Position numbers and translations under genes: made by a program
In this document: in pieces, positions 38,847-51,577 of the stretch
How positions within the stretch are numbered: the stretch's first letter is position 1
Layout of the letters: each line of letters begins with the position of its first letter
Notes under the pieces: generated by a model
Databases searched by the model: none
The model's input: only the letters and a program-made list of their open reading frames with translations
Told to the model about the DNA's origin: nothing
Assembly: GCA_047602425.1 (NCBI GenBank)
Contig: JASGHG010000001.1
Span: forward strand, 3,040,001-3,104,000
Direction of reading: 5' to 3'
DNA from: Nibricoccus sp.
GTDB taxonomy: Bacteria > Verrucomicrobiota > Verrucomicrobiia > Opitutales > Opitutaceae
Length of the DNA stretch: 64,000 nt

Positions 38847-41800
38847 ATGCGCCGGCTGCTTAAAATTCTAGGGTGGGTGATCGCGGGCCTTCTTCTGTTG
38901 GCCGTGACGCTGCCCTTTTGGCTGGGCGGTTTGCTGACAATTGCGCGAGGACCGCTGGGATTATCTTACGGGCGCTATGAACGAATCGATTACTCGCGGT
39001 TTGTCCTCCGTGATGTTCGTTATCAAAAAGATAATGTGAGCGTGACTGCGGACCGCATCGAAGTGGCGACGCCGCTGTTGTATCTTTGGCGACACTACCG
39101 CGGCGGGCAGTCGTCTGTGATCGTGAACGATTGGCGAGTTGCGGTGGAAAGTTCGTCGTCGCCGCAAGAACCGTCCGATCCGGACGCGGGCTGGATGGAT
39201 CTGCGAAAGCTGTTGCTGAAGATCATGGACGCTGTGCATCGCTGGTTGCCTGAAGCGCAGTTCAAAAACGGGGAAGTTACCTTTCCCGGCGGACGCATCG
39301 GCGTGGGGACCGGCGATTGGCGTGTGCACGTACTCCAAGTGGATGACCTTGTCTGGCGCGGACTTTCCTGCCGCGGGACCGCTGGATTTTTTTCCGCTGA
39401 TGGGTTGATTCGCTTGCAACTTGCGGATGCAAAAAACGCTCTGCAAGTGGACCTCGAAAGTCGCGGATCGAATGTGACTGGAGTTGCCCATTGGGCGGAG
39501 CAGAAGGTTAGTATTTCGTCGCGCTTTGCCGAACGCGGATGGTTGCCGCAAGAAGCCCGGGCGGTGGCTGAAAACTGGACGGTCGACGGGGCAAAATTGG
39601 GCCTCGGTACGGTCTACACGGCGGTCCGCGGCGGCGGCCGGATCGAGTGGCGCAAAGAGCATTTTTCGGTCGATTTGACCGCCAAAGCCGAACCGCTGGT
39701 CGGAGATAAGATTCCGCCCCTGGAGCTTACCGCGCGCGGTGAAGGAAATTTGGATACGCTGACGCTTGAGGCCTTGCACGCGTCCATTCCCGGATTTCAG
39801 GCCGACTTGAGCGAGCCCGTGCGGGTGAGCCGTGACGGGGAACTGCTTTCCGGACCTTCTCGTTTCAACTTGGAGGCCGATTTGGGTCAGCAGCCCTGGC
39901 TTGCCGCTGCAGGGCGGATAAAGGGCGAAGCCAAGATTGAAGCCGGTCGCGAGTTCAAGCCGCGAGTTGCCATGCAATTTTCCGCCAAGGACCTCAAAAT
40001 CAGCCAATGGGCTGTGCCCCAGTTGGAGATAGGAGGAGTTTTGGAATGGCCACTGTTCAAAATCGACAAGGCGAGCATCAATCTCGGAGGCGACCAAACC
40101 ATTCAATTGAGCGGGGGCACGAATCTGGAGACCCGCGAACTGACCGAATCCATCCTCGAAGCGCGCGTGAACGGAACAACCGTGGCGACGTGGTGGCCAC
40201 GCGTGCCCATTTTTTCCGATGCAAAGGTGAAAGCAAAATTCAAAGGGCCGTGGTTGCGACTCGGGCACGAGGGCAGTGCGCAAATTGTCGGCCTCAATCA
40301 ACCGCCATTGAGGCCCTTGGCAATGAAGCTTGATTGGAAAGGCGCGGGCGATGCGATCGATCGACTTGAAATTGTGGCGGCGGGCGGCGAAGCGACTTTT
40401 TCGCTGAGCGGAGCCGTTGACCGGACTGGCGCCAGGATCGAAGAACTGCGTATTCAGAAAACGGAGACGACGTGGCTGGCCTTGGAAAAGCCGGCTCGCT
40501 TCGAGTGGCTGCCGGTGTTGCGTTGCGAGCCCCTGATTTTGGCCGGCGACGCAGGGCGGGTCGAACTGGCTGCGCGGGTTGGCGTCGAAGGCGAAGGAAA
40601 ACTGCGGGTGGATGATTTTTCCACAAAATGGTTGCGCGACTGGCTCGTCTGGCACGGCCCTGATTGGCGGGTTCCTTTGGTTGATTTTGTCGGTCGTTGG
40701 AATAACGGGCCGATGGAATTTTCCCTGTCGGCAAGAGCCGACACCGATCTGGCGGGGCAAAAGCCCGTCGAACTTCAGCTGAAAGCCCTTGGCGACCGGA
40801 ACGGCGTAAAAATCGAGACATTGCACGCCTTCGAGGGAAAACAAGAAGCGATTGTTGCGAGCGGAGCGGTGCCGTTGATCGTGACGCCCGCTTCCTCGTC
40901 GCTCTGGAACTTCGATCCAAATGCGCCATTGAATTTTATCGCGGCGACGCAGCCCGATGCGACGTTCTGGACTTATCTGGCGGCGACCACGGGACTCGTG
41001 ATCGAGCGTCCGCTGCTCAACCTTGAACTATCGGGAAACTGGAAATCGCCCCGCGGGAAGATTTTTTTGCGTTTGCCTCGGCTTGAGGCGAACGAAGAGA
41101 GGTTTAAGAGGAAATTGCCAGTCGCGGAAGAGATCGACGGCGTGGCCGAGCTTGATCGCGGGGAAATAGCGCTGAGCAATTTTTCCGCCTTGATTGCCGG
41201 GCAGCAGGTCCGTGTGGAAGGCCGTTTGGCGCTTCCGAAGGGCGGCCTGAGTGCGCTGGTGAATGCTCCATGGAAAAATCTGGTCCGCACCGCGACCGGT
41301 CGCGTGCAAATGAAAGGTGCAGATTTGGCGGCGTTCGCGCCCTACACCTCGGACGTGCTGGCGCCCAAGGGTCGGCTGGATGTCGATATCGCATTGGCCG
41401 GCGGAAAAGCGGACGGATTTATCCGGGTGGAAAACGCGGGCACGCGGCCTCTCGGTCCGCTCGGAGTGCTTCAAGACCTCAATGCGGATATGGCTTTCGT
41501 GGATCGTCGCATGGAAATCCGTTCGTTCCGCGTCAGAATGGCAAACCAGCTGGTGGAGCTAAAAGGTTCGGCGGAACTGGGCGGGGACGGCGTGCCGCGC
41601 TACGACTTTTCGCTCAAGGGCGAGCACCTGCCGTTTGTGCGGCAGGTGGGCTTGTTGTTGCGTGGAGACCTGGACTTGAAATTGACGTCGCTGGACGGCG
41701 GTGTTGGCAAAGTCACAGGCCAGGTGACGATGCGCGAAAGCCTGTTTTCGACCGATGTCCGCGACCTTATGCCGAGAGGTGGAGGCGCCGGAGCCGCGGC

Positions 41801-42509
41801 GCGACCGCCCTTTTTCTCCATCGAAAAGCCGCCCTTCAATGCCTGGCAACTGGATGTCAATTTGAACGGCGATCGGTTTTTACGGTTGCGGACGCCGGTG
41901 TTTAATGGCGTCGCTTCGATGCATTTCCATCTGGGAAACAGTCTGGGGGAACCACGTGCCACCGGCCAGGCCACGATCGACCAGGGCCAGGTTTTGCTTC
42001 CCTTTGCCACTTTTGCCATCCAGCAGGGATCGGTCCAGTTGACGGAGGCGAATCCCTACGAGCCCAAGCTGTTCGTGACGGGAGCGTCGCGACGTTATGG
42101 ATACGATTTGCGCATGGAACTTTCCGGCACGGCATCCACCCCGATCTTGAAGTTTTCCTCAAGCCCGCCGCTCAATTCGGAGCAGGTTTTATTGCTGGTC
42201 ATGGCGGGCGAGACGCCGAATAGCGAGATAACCTACTCCAGCAACCAGAGAGCTGTTCGATTTGGAGCATTTCTCGGCAAGAGTCTTTTCAGCAGCATGA
42301 CCACGGATTCGAACGGCATGGACCGGCTCACCATCAGCGCCGGGGAAAAAATTTCCAGACAGGGTCGGGAGACTTACGAGGTGGAATACTGGCTGGGTGA
42401 ACGCTGGTCGCTGGTCGGGGAGTATGACGAATTCGACGACTATAACGCGGGCCTGAAATGGCGCGCTCTCAGGGACAAGCCGAAGGAGAAAAACGCCGAT
42501 GCCAAATAG
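38847..42509 (+). CDS. Translocation/assembly module TamB-like protein
   Basis: N-terminal anchor, long beta-rich body, C-terminal DUF490-like region (P.L.FSSSPPL..EQVL.L). Confidence 0.8.
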   Translation: MRRLLKILGWVIAGLLLLAVTLPFWLGGLLTIARGPLGLSYGRYERIDYSRFVLRDVRYQKDNVSVTADRIEVATPLLYLWRHYRGGQSSVIVNDWRVAVESSSSPQEPSDPDAGWMDLRKLLLKIMDAVHRWLPEAQFKNGEVTFPGGRIGVGTGDWRVHVLQVDDLVWRGLSCRGTAGFFSADGLIRLQLADAKNALQVDLESRGSNVTGVAHWAEQKVSISSRFAERGWLPQEARAVAENWTVDGAKLGLGTVYTAVRGGGRIEWRKEHFSVDLTAKAEPLVGDKIPPLELTARGEGNLDTLTLEALHASIPGFQADLSEPVRVSRDGELLSGPSRFNLEADLGQQPWLAAAGRIKGEAKIEAGREFKPRVAMQFSAKDLKISQWAVPQLEIGGVLEWPLFKIDKASINLGGDQTIQLSGGTNLETRELTESILEARVNGTTVATWWPRVPIFSDAKVKAKFKGPWLRLGHEGSAQIVGLNQPPLRPLAMKLDWKGAGDAIDRLEIVAAGGEATFSLSGAVDRTGARIEELRIQKTETTWLALEKPARFEWLPVLRCEPLILAGDAGRVELAARVGVEGEGKLRVDDFSTKWLRDWLVWHGPDWRVPLVDFVGRWNNGPMEFSLSARADTDLAGQKPVELQLKALGDRNGVKIETLHAFEGKQEAIVASGAVPLIVTPASSSLWNFDPNAPLNFIAATQPDATFWTYLAATTGLVIERPLLNLELSGNWKSPRGKIFLRLPRLEANEERFKRKLPVAEEIDGVAELDRGEIALSNFSALIAGQQVRVEGRLALPKGGLSALVNAPWKNLVRTATGRVQMKGADLAAFAPYTSDVLAPKGRLDVDIALAGGKADGFIRVENAGTRPLGPLGVLQDLNADMAFVDRRMEIRSFRVRMANQLVELKGSAELGGDGVPRYDFSLKGEHLPFVRQVGLLLRGDLDLKLTSLDGGVGKVTGQVTMRESLFSTDVRDLMPRGGGAGAAARPPFFSIEKPPFNAWQLDVNLNGDRFLRLRTPVFNGVASMHFHLGNSLGEPRATGQATIDQGQVLLPFATFAIQQGSVQLTEANPYEPKLFVTGASRRYGYDLRMELSGTASTPILKFSSSPPLNSEQVLLLVMAGETPNSEITYSSNQRAVRFGAFLGKSLFSSMTTDSNGMDRLTISAGEKISRQGRETYEVEYWLGERWSLVGEYDEFDDYNAGLKWRALRDKPKEKNADAK

Positions 42510-44610
42510 CCATCTAAGATACCTGGCAATGGTTGCGCTTGTGCTCCTGGCCTTGCTTTTTCCCACGGCGACGTCGAAAGCCGAACAGGATAAAACAGCT
42601 AAGATTCGGATCGCGGGCCTGGGTCTTTGGCGTGACCGGGAGATGAGGGTTGCGCTGGAGCGAATGTTGGGCAGCGACCGTGGCTCCGTCCTCGGCGCCA
42701 ACGCACTCGAAGACACCGCGTTTTTGCTATTTTCCGTGCTGAACGACGAAGGCTACCAAACGCCCGTGATTAAAATCCGGGTCGAAGTCGCCGGCGGAAA
42801 AACAGAGACCTATCTGCTCGATGAAAATCTTGATGTGAATCTGCCTCCAAAGATTGAGACCCGCGCGGTGCGATTCGAGGTGAAAACCGGGCCTCGTTCC
42901 TACGTGGAAAGGGTCAAAATCGAAGGGCTGAAAGCGCTGGATGCGAAAGCGGGTGAATCTTTTTTCAAACCGGCGAATACGCTGATCACGACAAAAGTCT
43001 CCAAGGCCTATTCCCCCTCTCGCACACGACGCTCGGCGGAAAAACTCCGCGAAGAACTGCGTTTGCAAGGCTACGCGCAGGCCCGGGTCGAAGCGGCGCC
43101 GGTGAATATCGACAAAGCGAAAGGTGGCCCCGTCACGCTACACGTGAAAGTCGATGAAGGGCCACGGTGGTTGGTTTCCGATTTTCGTTACGAAAAAGCC
43201 GATCCCGCGGAAATCGGTTTCGTGCCCACGATACGGGCAGGGCAACCCTGGTCCGCCACGTTGCAACAGAATATGACGGAAGAATTGCGGCGGGCGTATT
43301 TTAAAAAAGGATACGCCGACGTTGCCATCCGCGTCCTGCCGGAGGCGGCTCCGGCGTCGGGGGGACACCGCCTCGTGGTCGCCGCGGCCCAGATCGAGCC
43401 GGGTCCGCTGGTGAAGGTGGGCGAGGTGCATTTCGAGGGGAACAAACATACCAGCACCACGATCCTGCGACGCCGCGTGCGGATTAAAACCGGCGCTCCT
43501 TTCGATCCAGTCATCCTCGAAAATTCCCGATACCGCCTTTCACGGCTCGGAGTTTTTGAAGCGGTCGATTTGCATTCGAAACCCGAGGACGGGGAAGTGC
43601 GCGATCCGATTTTCACGTTGAGGGAAGGGCCTCGCTACGAGACAAATTTGCTGGCTGGTTACGGAAGCTATGAACAGTTGCGTGGCGGCGTGGAGTTTAG
43701 GCAGATGAATTTGTTCGGTCGGGCTCATCAAAGTCGTTTTGAGTTGGTGCAATCGATGAAGGGCACGCGCGGTGAGTATGCTTACACCGTGCCCGAACTG
43801 TTCGGGGAAACCATTGACGGCACCTCCCGGGTATTCGGACTGCAACGCGAGGAACTTTCGTTCCTGCGGCAGGAGTTCGGCGTCAATGTGACCTTGAAGC
43901 GGCAGCTTCCCTGGCTCCGCGCGGAAGGTACTGCCGGTTACACGCTGCAAACTTTGAAAAATCTCGACAACGAACTCACCACCCGCACGGCCGACGACAA
44001 GAATGTCAATGTAGGTAGCATCGAGTTGGGCATCACGCGGGACAAGCGCGACAGCCCGTTGCGACCGCGGCGCGGTTACCGTTGGTTCGGTCATGTGGAA
44101 GCGGCGAACCAGGCTTTTGGTGGCGAAGTGAACTACGAACGCTCCGAATTGGGCGGCGCCTACCATTTCAGCATAGGGCAATGGCAGTTCATGCACGTGG
44201 CGCTGACACATGGCGTGCTCACCACTTACGGGAAAAGCGACGAGACCATACCGGTGAACAAACGTTTTTTCCCGGGCGGCGACAGTTCCATCCGTGGCTA
44301 TCAGGAAGGCGAGGCGGCGCCGCGGGGAGACGACGGACGTTTCATCGGAGCGAAAACCTACACGTTGTTGAATCTTGAATACGAACAGGTGCTGACCGAA
44401 GACTGGTCCGCCGTGCTTTTTTTCGACGGTCTTGGTTCTGCGGCGAGGTTAGCTGACTATCCATTCGACGAACGGCTTTATTCCATCGGCATCGGCATTC
44501 GTTACCAGACTTTGGTCGGACCGATCCGGCTCGAATATGGGAGAAATGTGAAACCTCGCACTGGCGATCCCAGCGGCACGATTCATCTTTCAATCGGATT
44601 TCCCTTTTAA
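42499..44610 (+). CDS. Omp85 family (TamA/BamA-like) outer-membrane protein
   Basis: POTRA repeats, RFFPGGDSSIRGY, GIRYQTLVGPIRLEYG, terminal Phe. Confidence 0.9.
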   Translation: MPNSHLRYLAMVALVLLALLFPTATSKAEQDKTAKIRIAGLGLWRDREMRVALERMLGSDRGSVLGANALEDTAFLLFSVLNDEGYQTPVIKIRVEVAGGKTETYLLDENLDVNLPPKIETRAVRFEVKTGPRSYVERVKIEGLKALDAKAGESFFKPANTLITTKVSKAYSPSRTRRSAEKLREELRLQGYAQARVEAAPVNIDKAKGGPVTLHVKVDEGPRWLVSDFRYEKADPAEIGFVPTIRAGQPWSATLQQNMTEELRRAYFKKGYADVAIRVLPEAAPASGGHRLVVAAAQIEPGPLVKVGEVHFEGNKHTSTTILRRRVRIKTGAPFDPVILENSRYRLSRLGVFEAVDLHSKPEDGEVRDPIFTLREGPRYETNLLAGYGSYEQLRGGVEFRQMNLFGRAHQSRFELVQSMKGTRGEYAYTVPELFGETIDGTSRVFGLQREELSFLRQEFGVNVTLKRQLPWLRAEGTAGYTLQTLKNLDNELTTRTADDKNVNVGSIELGITRDKRDSPLRPRRGYRWFGHVEAANQAFGGEVNYERSELGGAYHFSIGQWQFMHVALTHGVLTTYGKSDETIPVNKRFFPGGDSSIRGYQEGEAAPRGDDGRFIGAKTYTLLNLEYEQVLTEDWSAVLFFDGLGSAARLADYPFDERLYSIGIGIRYQTLVGPIRLEYGRNVKPRTGDPSGTIHLSIGFPF

Positions 44611-44823
44611 CCTCCGAGACGCTTTGGCGCATCGAAGTGATGGAACGCGCGATTGTGGCGCGGATAGAAATTTCGACATTGTTTCCACGAAGATCATTCC
44701 GGTTTGCAACACATTCTCTTACATTGCGTTGGACTGTTCTGGCATTTTCTCATCCCCTCTTGCCGAAATGGGCCGCCTTTTGCTAATTAGGCGTGTCCAA
44801 AAAATTCAACCACACTCCTAACC

Positions 44824-45519
44824 ATGATGATGTATTGGCTCCTTCTGTTAATCGTTCCCGTTCTTCTGGGCGTTTATGCGCAGATGAAAGTTTCGAGTGC
44901 GTACCACAAAAATCTTCAAATTCCATCGCGCGGTCGCATCAGCGGTGCGGAAGCCGCCCAAGCTGTGATGGACAGCGCGGGCATCAACGACGTCGAGATC
45001 GTCGAAGTCCAAGGCCAGCTCTCGGACCATTACGATCCGATGAACAAAAAGCTCGCGCTTTCCTCGGACAACTACCGTGGCACCAGCCTCGCCGCACTTG
45101 GCGTCGCTGCCCACGAGGCAGGCCATGCGATTCAGCACAAGCAGGGCTATGCCATGATGCAAGTTCGCCAAAACATGGTGCCGGTGATGCAATTCGCCGC
45201 ACCAGTCGCATACTTCTTCACCGGCTTCGGCTTCTATCTGCTCGGTTACATGGGTTCGACCATGATGATGATCGGCATCGCGGCGCTCGCGGTGCTGACG
45301 CTCTTCCAACTCGTCACTCTGCCCGTCGAATTCGACGCGAGCCGCCGCGCGAAATTGCAACTCGTCAACCTCGGCATCCTTGGCCGCGACGAAATGCCCG
45401 GCGTGAATGAAACGCTCAACGCCGCCGCACTGACCTATGTCGCCGCGTTCGTGAGCTCGCTCGGCCAGCTTTTGCACCTCGTGCTAATGCTGACCGGCGG
45501 TGGCCGCCGCGACGATTGA
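44824..45519 (+). CDS. Putative neutral zinc metallopeptidase (YugP-like)
   Basis: LSDHYDP, AAHEAGHAIQ, TLPVEFDAS.RA, AAALTYVA. Confidence 0.92.
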   Translation: MMMYWLLLLIVPVLLGVYAQMKVSSAYHKNLQIPSRGRISGAEAAQAVMDSAGINDVEIVEVQGQLSDHYDPMNKKLALSSDNYRGTSLAALGVAAHEAGHAIQHKQGYAMMQVRQNMVPVMQFAAPVAYFFTGFGFYLLGYMGSTMMMIGIAALAVLTLFQLVTLPVEFDASRRAKLQLVNLGILGRDEMPGVNETLNAAALTYVAAFVSSLGQLLHLVLMLTGGGRRDD

Positions 45520-45557
45520 GCGAGGCCGAGCCGAAAAACGGTTCCCATGGAAATTTC

Positions 45558-45592
45558 AAAGCCGCGTCCGAAAGACGCGGCTTTTTGTTTTT
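45558..45592. terminator. Bidirectional terminator between convergent genes
   Basis: AAAGCCGCGTC-CGAAA-GACGCGGCTTT followed by T-rich sequence. Confidence 0.85.
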
Positions 45593-45620
45593 CAGAAATC
45601 GCCAATCGCGGAGGGCAGAG

Positions 45621-46898
<1,278 letters not shown>

Positions 46899-47236
46899 GG
46901 AACGGGCAGAAAAACGCACCGGCGGCGGGAGGGCAAGGGGAAGGTGAGGGGGCGTTTGGCGGGAATCTCAAGAAAGGAAGTGGGTGGATCGCGAGATCAG
47001 GCTGCGATTTGAGCGGACGAAATGGTTTTCCTAATCTTCCCACCTGCCCCGCGTTGAAGGCCTGCTCTATGGGTCAACCTGTTCGCAGAAATGCTAATGG
47101 CGAAGGCCTTGCCTCTAGAATGGGGGCTTCTTTTGGGAAAAACGATTTGTCTAGGCCCCGCGGGAGTTGCTAGCGTGCGATTCCTTTTCCGGCGCACGTC
47201 GCGTTGGAGAATATTCAACCATCAACGTTGATCATC

Positions 47237-47710
47237 ATGCCTATCGCAGTTGGTTCCAAAGCCCCTGATTTCACCCTCAAATCGAAGGCCGCTGACGGCC
47301 TTAAAGACATCAAGCTCAGCGACAATTTCGGCAAGAAGCAGACTGTGCTGCTCTTCTTCCCCCTCGCTTTTACCAGCGTGTGCACACAGGAAATGTGTGA
47401 CACGAGCGGCGGTCTCTCCGACTACGAAAAACTTGGCGCGGACGTCATCGCGATCAGCGTCGACAGTCCCTTTGCGCAGGAAGCGTGGGCTCAAAAGAAT
47501 GGCATCAAGCTCACGATCGTTTCCGACTTGAACAAGGAAACAACCAAAGCCTATGGCGTGCTTTTCCCGGGTCTTGCCGGTATCGGCGACACCGCGGCTC
47601 GCGCGGCTTTCGTCATCGGCAAGGACGGTGTCGTGAAATACGCCGAACAAACCGCCACGCCTAAGGACCTTCCGAATTTCGCGGCGGTGAAAGCGGCGCT
47701 GGGCAAGTAA
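47237..47710 (+). CDS. Peroxiredoxin (AhpC/TSA, AhpE-like)
   Basis: APDFTL, FFPLAFTSVCTQE, ISVDS, RAAFVI. Confidence 0.92.
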   Translation: MPIAVGSKAPDFTLKSKAADGLKDIKLSDNFGKKQTVLLFFPLAFTSVCTQEMCDTSGGLSDYEKLGADVIAISVDSPFAQEAWAQKNGIKLTIVSDLNKETTKAYGVLFPGLAGIGDTAARAAFVIGKDGVVKYAEQTATPKDLPNFAAVKAALGK

Positions 47711-47720
47711 CGGTTTTTTA

Positions 47721-47770
47721 GTAGGAGCGGATTTATCCCGCGATCCGTCGCGACGTAAAGCCGCTCCTAC
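47721..47770. repeat. GTAG-type REP doublet
   Basis: GTAGGAGCGGATTTATCCCGCGA-tccg-TCGCGACGTAAAGCCGCTCCTAC. Confidence 0.85.
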
Positions 47771-47800
47771 AATCTGCAATTTGAAACAACGGACATCACC

Positions 47801-50641
47801 ATGAGCCTCCCCAATCCCTTCAACACACTTCAGTCCTTCTCGGCAGCTGGCGGCACGAACAAGTTCTATTCGCTGCCCGCTTTGGAGAAAGCCGGTCTCG
47901 GCAAAATCTCGCGTCTGCCCGTTTCGATCCGGCTCGTGCTTGAATCGTTGCTGCGCAATTGCGACGGCAAGCGCGTATCCGAGTTGGCCATACGCGAGTT
48001 GGCGGGATGGGGTGCAAAGGCTCCGCGCACCGAGGAAATTCCATTCGTTGTCGCACGCATTGTGTTGCAGGACTTCACCGGCGTGCCGCTTCTGGTTGAC
48101 CTCGCGGCCATGCGCTCGGCCGTGACCAAACTCGGCAAAAACCCGAAGATCATCGAGCCGCTTGTGCCGGTTGACCTCGTGGTTGATCACTCCGTGCAAG
48201 TCGATTTTGCGGGCAGCCCGGAGGCATTGCAGAAAAATCTCGAACTGGAATTTTCCCGCAACCGCGAGCGTTATCAATTCCTGAAGTGGGGCATGCAGGC
48301 CTTTGACACCTTTAAGGTGGTTCCCCCGGGAATCGGCATCGTGCACCAGGTCAACCTTGAGTACCTCGCGAAGGGCGTCCTCAGTGACAGCAACGGCGTC
48401 TACTATCCGGATACGCTCGTCGGCACCGATTCGCACACGACGATGATCAATGGCATCGGCATCGTCGGCTGGGGCGTGGGCGGCATCGAAGCCGAGGCCG
48501 GCATGCTTGGCCAACCCGTGTACTTCCTTACACCTGATGTTGTCGGTGTCCATTTGATCGGCTCGCTGAAGGAAGGCGTCACCGCGACCGACCTTGCGCT
48601 CACCGTTACGCAGCTCATGCGCAAGACGAAGGTCGTCGGCAAGTTCGTCGAATTTTTTGGACCCGGAGCCGCCGCGCTTCCGGTCGTCGACCGGGCCACC
48701 ATTGCCAACATGGCGCCCGAATACGGCGCGACGATGGGTTTCTTCCCGATCGACGCCGAGTGTTCGAACTACCTTCGCGCCACCGGCCGCGACGAGAAAC
48801 TCGTCGAGACCTACGAGGCCTACTACAAGGCTCAAGGCCTTTGGGGCATCCCGCAACAGGGCCAGATCGACTACTCGCAAGTCGTGGAGTTGGATCTTGG
48901 TTCGGTTGTTCCAAGCGTGGCTGGTCCGAAGCGTCCGCAGGACCGCATCGTTCTCAATAATCTCAAGAACGAATTCACTTCTTCCTTCTCGAAACCGGTT
49001 GCGGAAAACGGTTTTGGCAAAAAGGCGGAGGATTTTTCCCGGCGTTTCAACGTGGGCGGCGAGCCCACGATTCTCGCCTCGGGCGGCGGCAGCCAGGAGC
49101 CTGTCTCCCTGCATGAAGCCAAGGCTCGCAACACGAATCCCACCACCGAATTGGAAATGGCGAATAATCGTCCAACTCCCGACACGGTCCTTGAGGTGAA
49201 AGCGGCCACGCCTTCCGGTTCGCTGGCACATGGTTCGGTCTTGATTGCGGCGATCACGAGTTGCACGAACACTTCGAACCCTTCGGTGATGCTTGCGGCC
49301 GGCTTGGTTGCAAAGAAGGCCGTTGAAAAGGGTCTGAAGCTCAATCCGCTCGTCAAATCCTCGCTCGCCCCGGGCTCCCGGGTCGTGACCGATTATCTCA
49401 CGAAAACCGGTCTCCAGCCTTATCTCGATCAGCTCGGTTTCCAGACCGTCGGTTACGGTTGCACCACCTGTATCGGCAATTCCGGCCCGCTGGCCGCTCC
49501 GATCGAGGAAGCCGTCGTGAAGAACGACGTCGTGGCGGCATCCGTTCTGTCCGGCAATCGCAACTTCGAGGCCCGCGTTCACCAGAATATCAAGGCCAAT
49601 TTCCTCATGTCGCCGCCGCTTGTTGTCGCCTTTGCGCTCGCCGGCCGGGTCGACATCGATCTCACAGCCGAACCTATCGGAACCGGTAAATCCGGCCCGG
49701 TTTTCCTGAAAGACATCTGGCCTTCGATCCAGGAAGTCCGCGACCAGATGCAGGCCGCGCTCAAGCCCGAGGTTTTCCGCAAGCTCTACGCCGACTTCGC
49801 CGCGCAGAATCCGAAATGGAACGAAATCCCCTCCAGCGTGGGCAATGTTTACGCCTTCGACGCCAGTTCGACCTACATTCAGGAACCGCCGTTTTTCGCG
49901 AATTTCAGCCTGCAGCCGGGCACGATCGCCGAAATCAAGGGCGCCCGGGCGCTCGGCATTTTTGGCGACTCCGTTACGACCGACCACATCTCGCCCGCCG
50001 GCGCGATCAAGAAGTCGTCGCCCGCCGGGAAATTCCTTCTGGAGAATGGTGTGGCTTTTGAGGATTTCAATTCCTACGGCTCGCGCCGCGGCAACGACCG
50101 CATCATGACGCGCGGCACCTTTGCCAATGTCCGCATCAAAAACCTGATGCTCGGTGGCGAGGAGGGTGGCAACACCTTCGGGCCCGATGGCGCCAAGACC
50201 TCAATCTACGACGCTTCCATCGCGTATCAGAAACTCAATACACCGCTGATCATCATCGCCGGACAGGAATACGGCACCGGTTCGTCGCGCGACTGGGCGG
50301 CCAAAGGCACCAATCAACTCGGTATCAAAGTGGTTGTTGCGCAAAGCTTCGAACGCATCCATCGCTCGAACCTCGTCGGCATGGGCGTGCTGCCTCTTCA
50401 GTTCAAGGAAGGCACGACCGCGCAAACATTGAAGCTCGACGGTACAGAAACGTTCGACGTCGTGGGCCTCAGCTCGGCGGTGAAACCGCAACAGGATTTG
50501 ACGCTGCGAATCACCCGTAAAAATGGTGAGCGGCTGGACGTTGTTGTCCGCTGCCGCATCGATACGCCGATCGAAATCGACTACTACCAACATGGAGGCA
50601 TTTTGCCCTACGTTTTGCGCCAGATCGTGTCGAAGAATTGA
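47801..50641 (+). CDS. acnA: Aconitate hydratase A
   Basis: [46 protein letters not shown]. Confidence 0.98.
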   Translation: MSLPNPFNTLQSFSAAGGTNKFYSLPALEKAGLGKISRLPVSIRLVLESLLRNCDGKRVSELAIRELAGWGAKAPRTEEIPFVVARIVLQDFTGVPLLVDLAAMRSAVTKLGKNPKIIEPLVPVDLVVDHSVQVDFAGSPEALQKNLELEFSRNRERYQFLKWGMQAFDTFKVVPPGIGIVHQVNLEYLAKGVLSDSNGVYYPDTLVGTDSHTTMINGIGIVGWGVGGIEAEAGMLGQPVYFLTPDVVGVHLIGSLKEGVTATDLALTVTQLMRKTKVVGKFVEFFGPGAAALPVVDRATIANMAPEYGATMGFFPIDAECSNYLRATGRDEKLVETYEAYYKAQGLWGIPQQGQIDYSQVVELDLGSVVPSVAGPKRPQDRIVLNNLKNEFTSSFSKPVAENGFGKKAEDFSRRFNVGGEPTILASGGGSQEPVSLHEAKARNTNPTTELEMANNRPTPDTVLEVKAATPSGSLAHGSVLIAAITSCTNTSNPSVMLAAGLVAKKAVEKGLKLNPLVKSSLAPGSRVVTDYLTKTGLQPYLDQLGFQTVGYGCTTCIGNSGPLAAPIEEAVVKNDVVAASVLSGNRNFEARVHQNIKANFLMSPPLVVAFALAGRVDIDLTAEPIGTGKSGPVFLKDIWPSIQEVRDQMQAALKPEVFRKLYADFAAQNPKWNEIPSSVGNVYAFDASSTYIQEPPFFANFSLQPGTIAEIKGARALGIFGDSVTTDHISPAGAIKKSSPAGKFLLENGVAFEDFNSYGSRRGNDRIMTRGTFANVRIKNLMLGGEEGGNTFGPDGAKTSIYDASIAYQKLNTPLIIIAGQEYGTGSSRDWAAKGTNQLGIKVVVAQSFERIHRSNLVGMGVLPLQFKEGTTAQTLKLDGTETFDVVGLSSAVKPQQDLTLRITRKNGERLDVVVRCRIDTPIEIDYYQHGGILPYVLRQIVSKN

Positions 50642-50734
50642 GTCGACGCAGGGGGACGAGAACAAAGCTGCAAAAAAGGATGTCTCGCCACGTCCATTTT
50701 GGTAGTTTTTGATCTTGTTCTCCTTTCGACTGAC

Positions 50735-51244
50735 ATGCCCGACAACGCCAAGCCATCCTTCCTCGTTGATGCCTATTCCGATCCCGTGCTTGTGAGGATC
50801 GAAGGACGCGCTTCCTTTCAAAACAGCGGCTGTCTGCACGACTTTTTCGTTGAAATGATGAAGCAGGGGAAGGTGCGCTTCGTGCTCGATTTCCAGAACT
50901 GCACGAGCATGGACAGCACGTTCCTCGGCGTCATGGCCGGCCTCGCCCTTGAACTGCGCAAAAAAACGCCGCCCGGCAGCCTCGTGATTGTCCGGGCCAG
51001 CCAGCGCAACCTGGAGCTGATCCGTAATCTCGGGTTGCACCGCCTCGTGACCGTCGACGCCGGTAGTTTTCAGATGAACTTTGGTTCCGGTGCGACCGCG
51101 CTGCAATGCGGCAGTCGCGACGAACTTGAACACGCCCGCCTCGTTTTGCAGGCCCATGAAAATCTCGTGGCAACCGACGAAAGCAATCGGGCCAAGTTTC
51201 AGGATGTGCTCAGTTTCCTCAAAAACCGCGTCGAGCAAAAGTAA
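50735..51244 (+). CDS. STAS-domain (anti-anti-sigma-like) protein
   Basis: LDFQNCTSMDSTFLG phospho-Ser motif; C-terminal AHENL...N..KF.DV extension. Confidence 0.85.
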   Translation: MPDNAKPSFLVDAYSDPVLVRIEGRASFQNSGCLHDFFVEMMKQGKVRFVLDFQNCTSMDSTFLGVMAGLALELRKKTPPGSLVIVRASQRNLELIRNLGLHRLVTVDAGSFQMNFGSGATALQCGSRDELEHARLVLQAHENLVATDESNRAKFQDVLSFLKNRVEQK

Positions 51245-51286
51245 GATAAAAATTCCGCGGTTACTTTCAGAGCTGCAAAGACTGAT

Positions 51287-51511
51287 ATGAAAAGCTCCGC
51301 TCAAATTATCGCGCCAAACTTTAAGCGACACCGCGAACGCGAGGCGGAAAAAGCAGTCTTGAAATCCAAGATCGGGAAGCGGTTTCAGGAGCAACTTGCT
51401 GCGGCGAGCTTATGGGAAAGATTCAAAATTTGGATACAGATTACCCGGGAAGTGGAGACCGAGCTTGATGAAAAATTTCCGCCTTCTGCGATGTACTGGA
51501 TCGCACGATAG
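51287..51511 (+). CDS. Small hypothetical helical protein
   Basis: 74-aa ORF filling the gap; amphipathic, charged composition. Confidence 0.6.
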   Translation: MKSSAQIIAPNFKRHREREAEKAVLKSKIGKRFQEQLAAASLWERFKIWIQITREVETELDEKFPPSAMYWIAR

Positions 51512-51577
51512 CCACACAAAAACTTGGTGTTGTCGGTTGTGAAACCGCCTTGATCGTCTTCGTCCTGTTAGATCGCC

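Noticed and set aside
38961..40844. 627-aa antisense ORF within tamB
   Set aside because: Shadow ORF with no domain signal.
46920..47230. T-box or other riboswitch in the tyrS/peroxiredoxin divergent gap
   Set aside because: No T-box (GGTGGNACCGCG) motif; tyrS appears near-leaderless; hairpins are weak.
47222..49987. 921-aa antisense ORF opposite peroxiredoxin and acnA
   Set aside because: Shadow frame produced by GC-rich codon bias of a highly expressed gene; no recognisable motifs.
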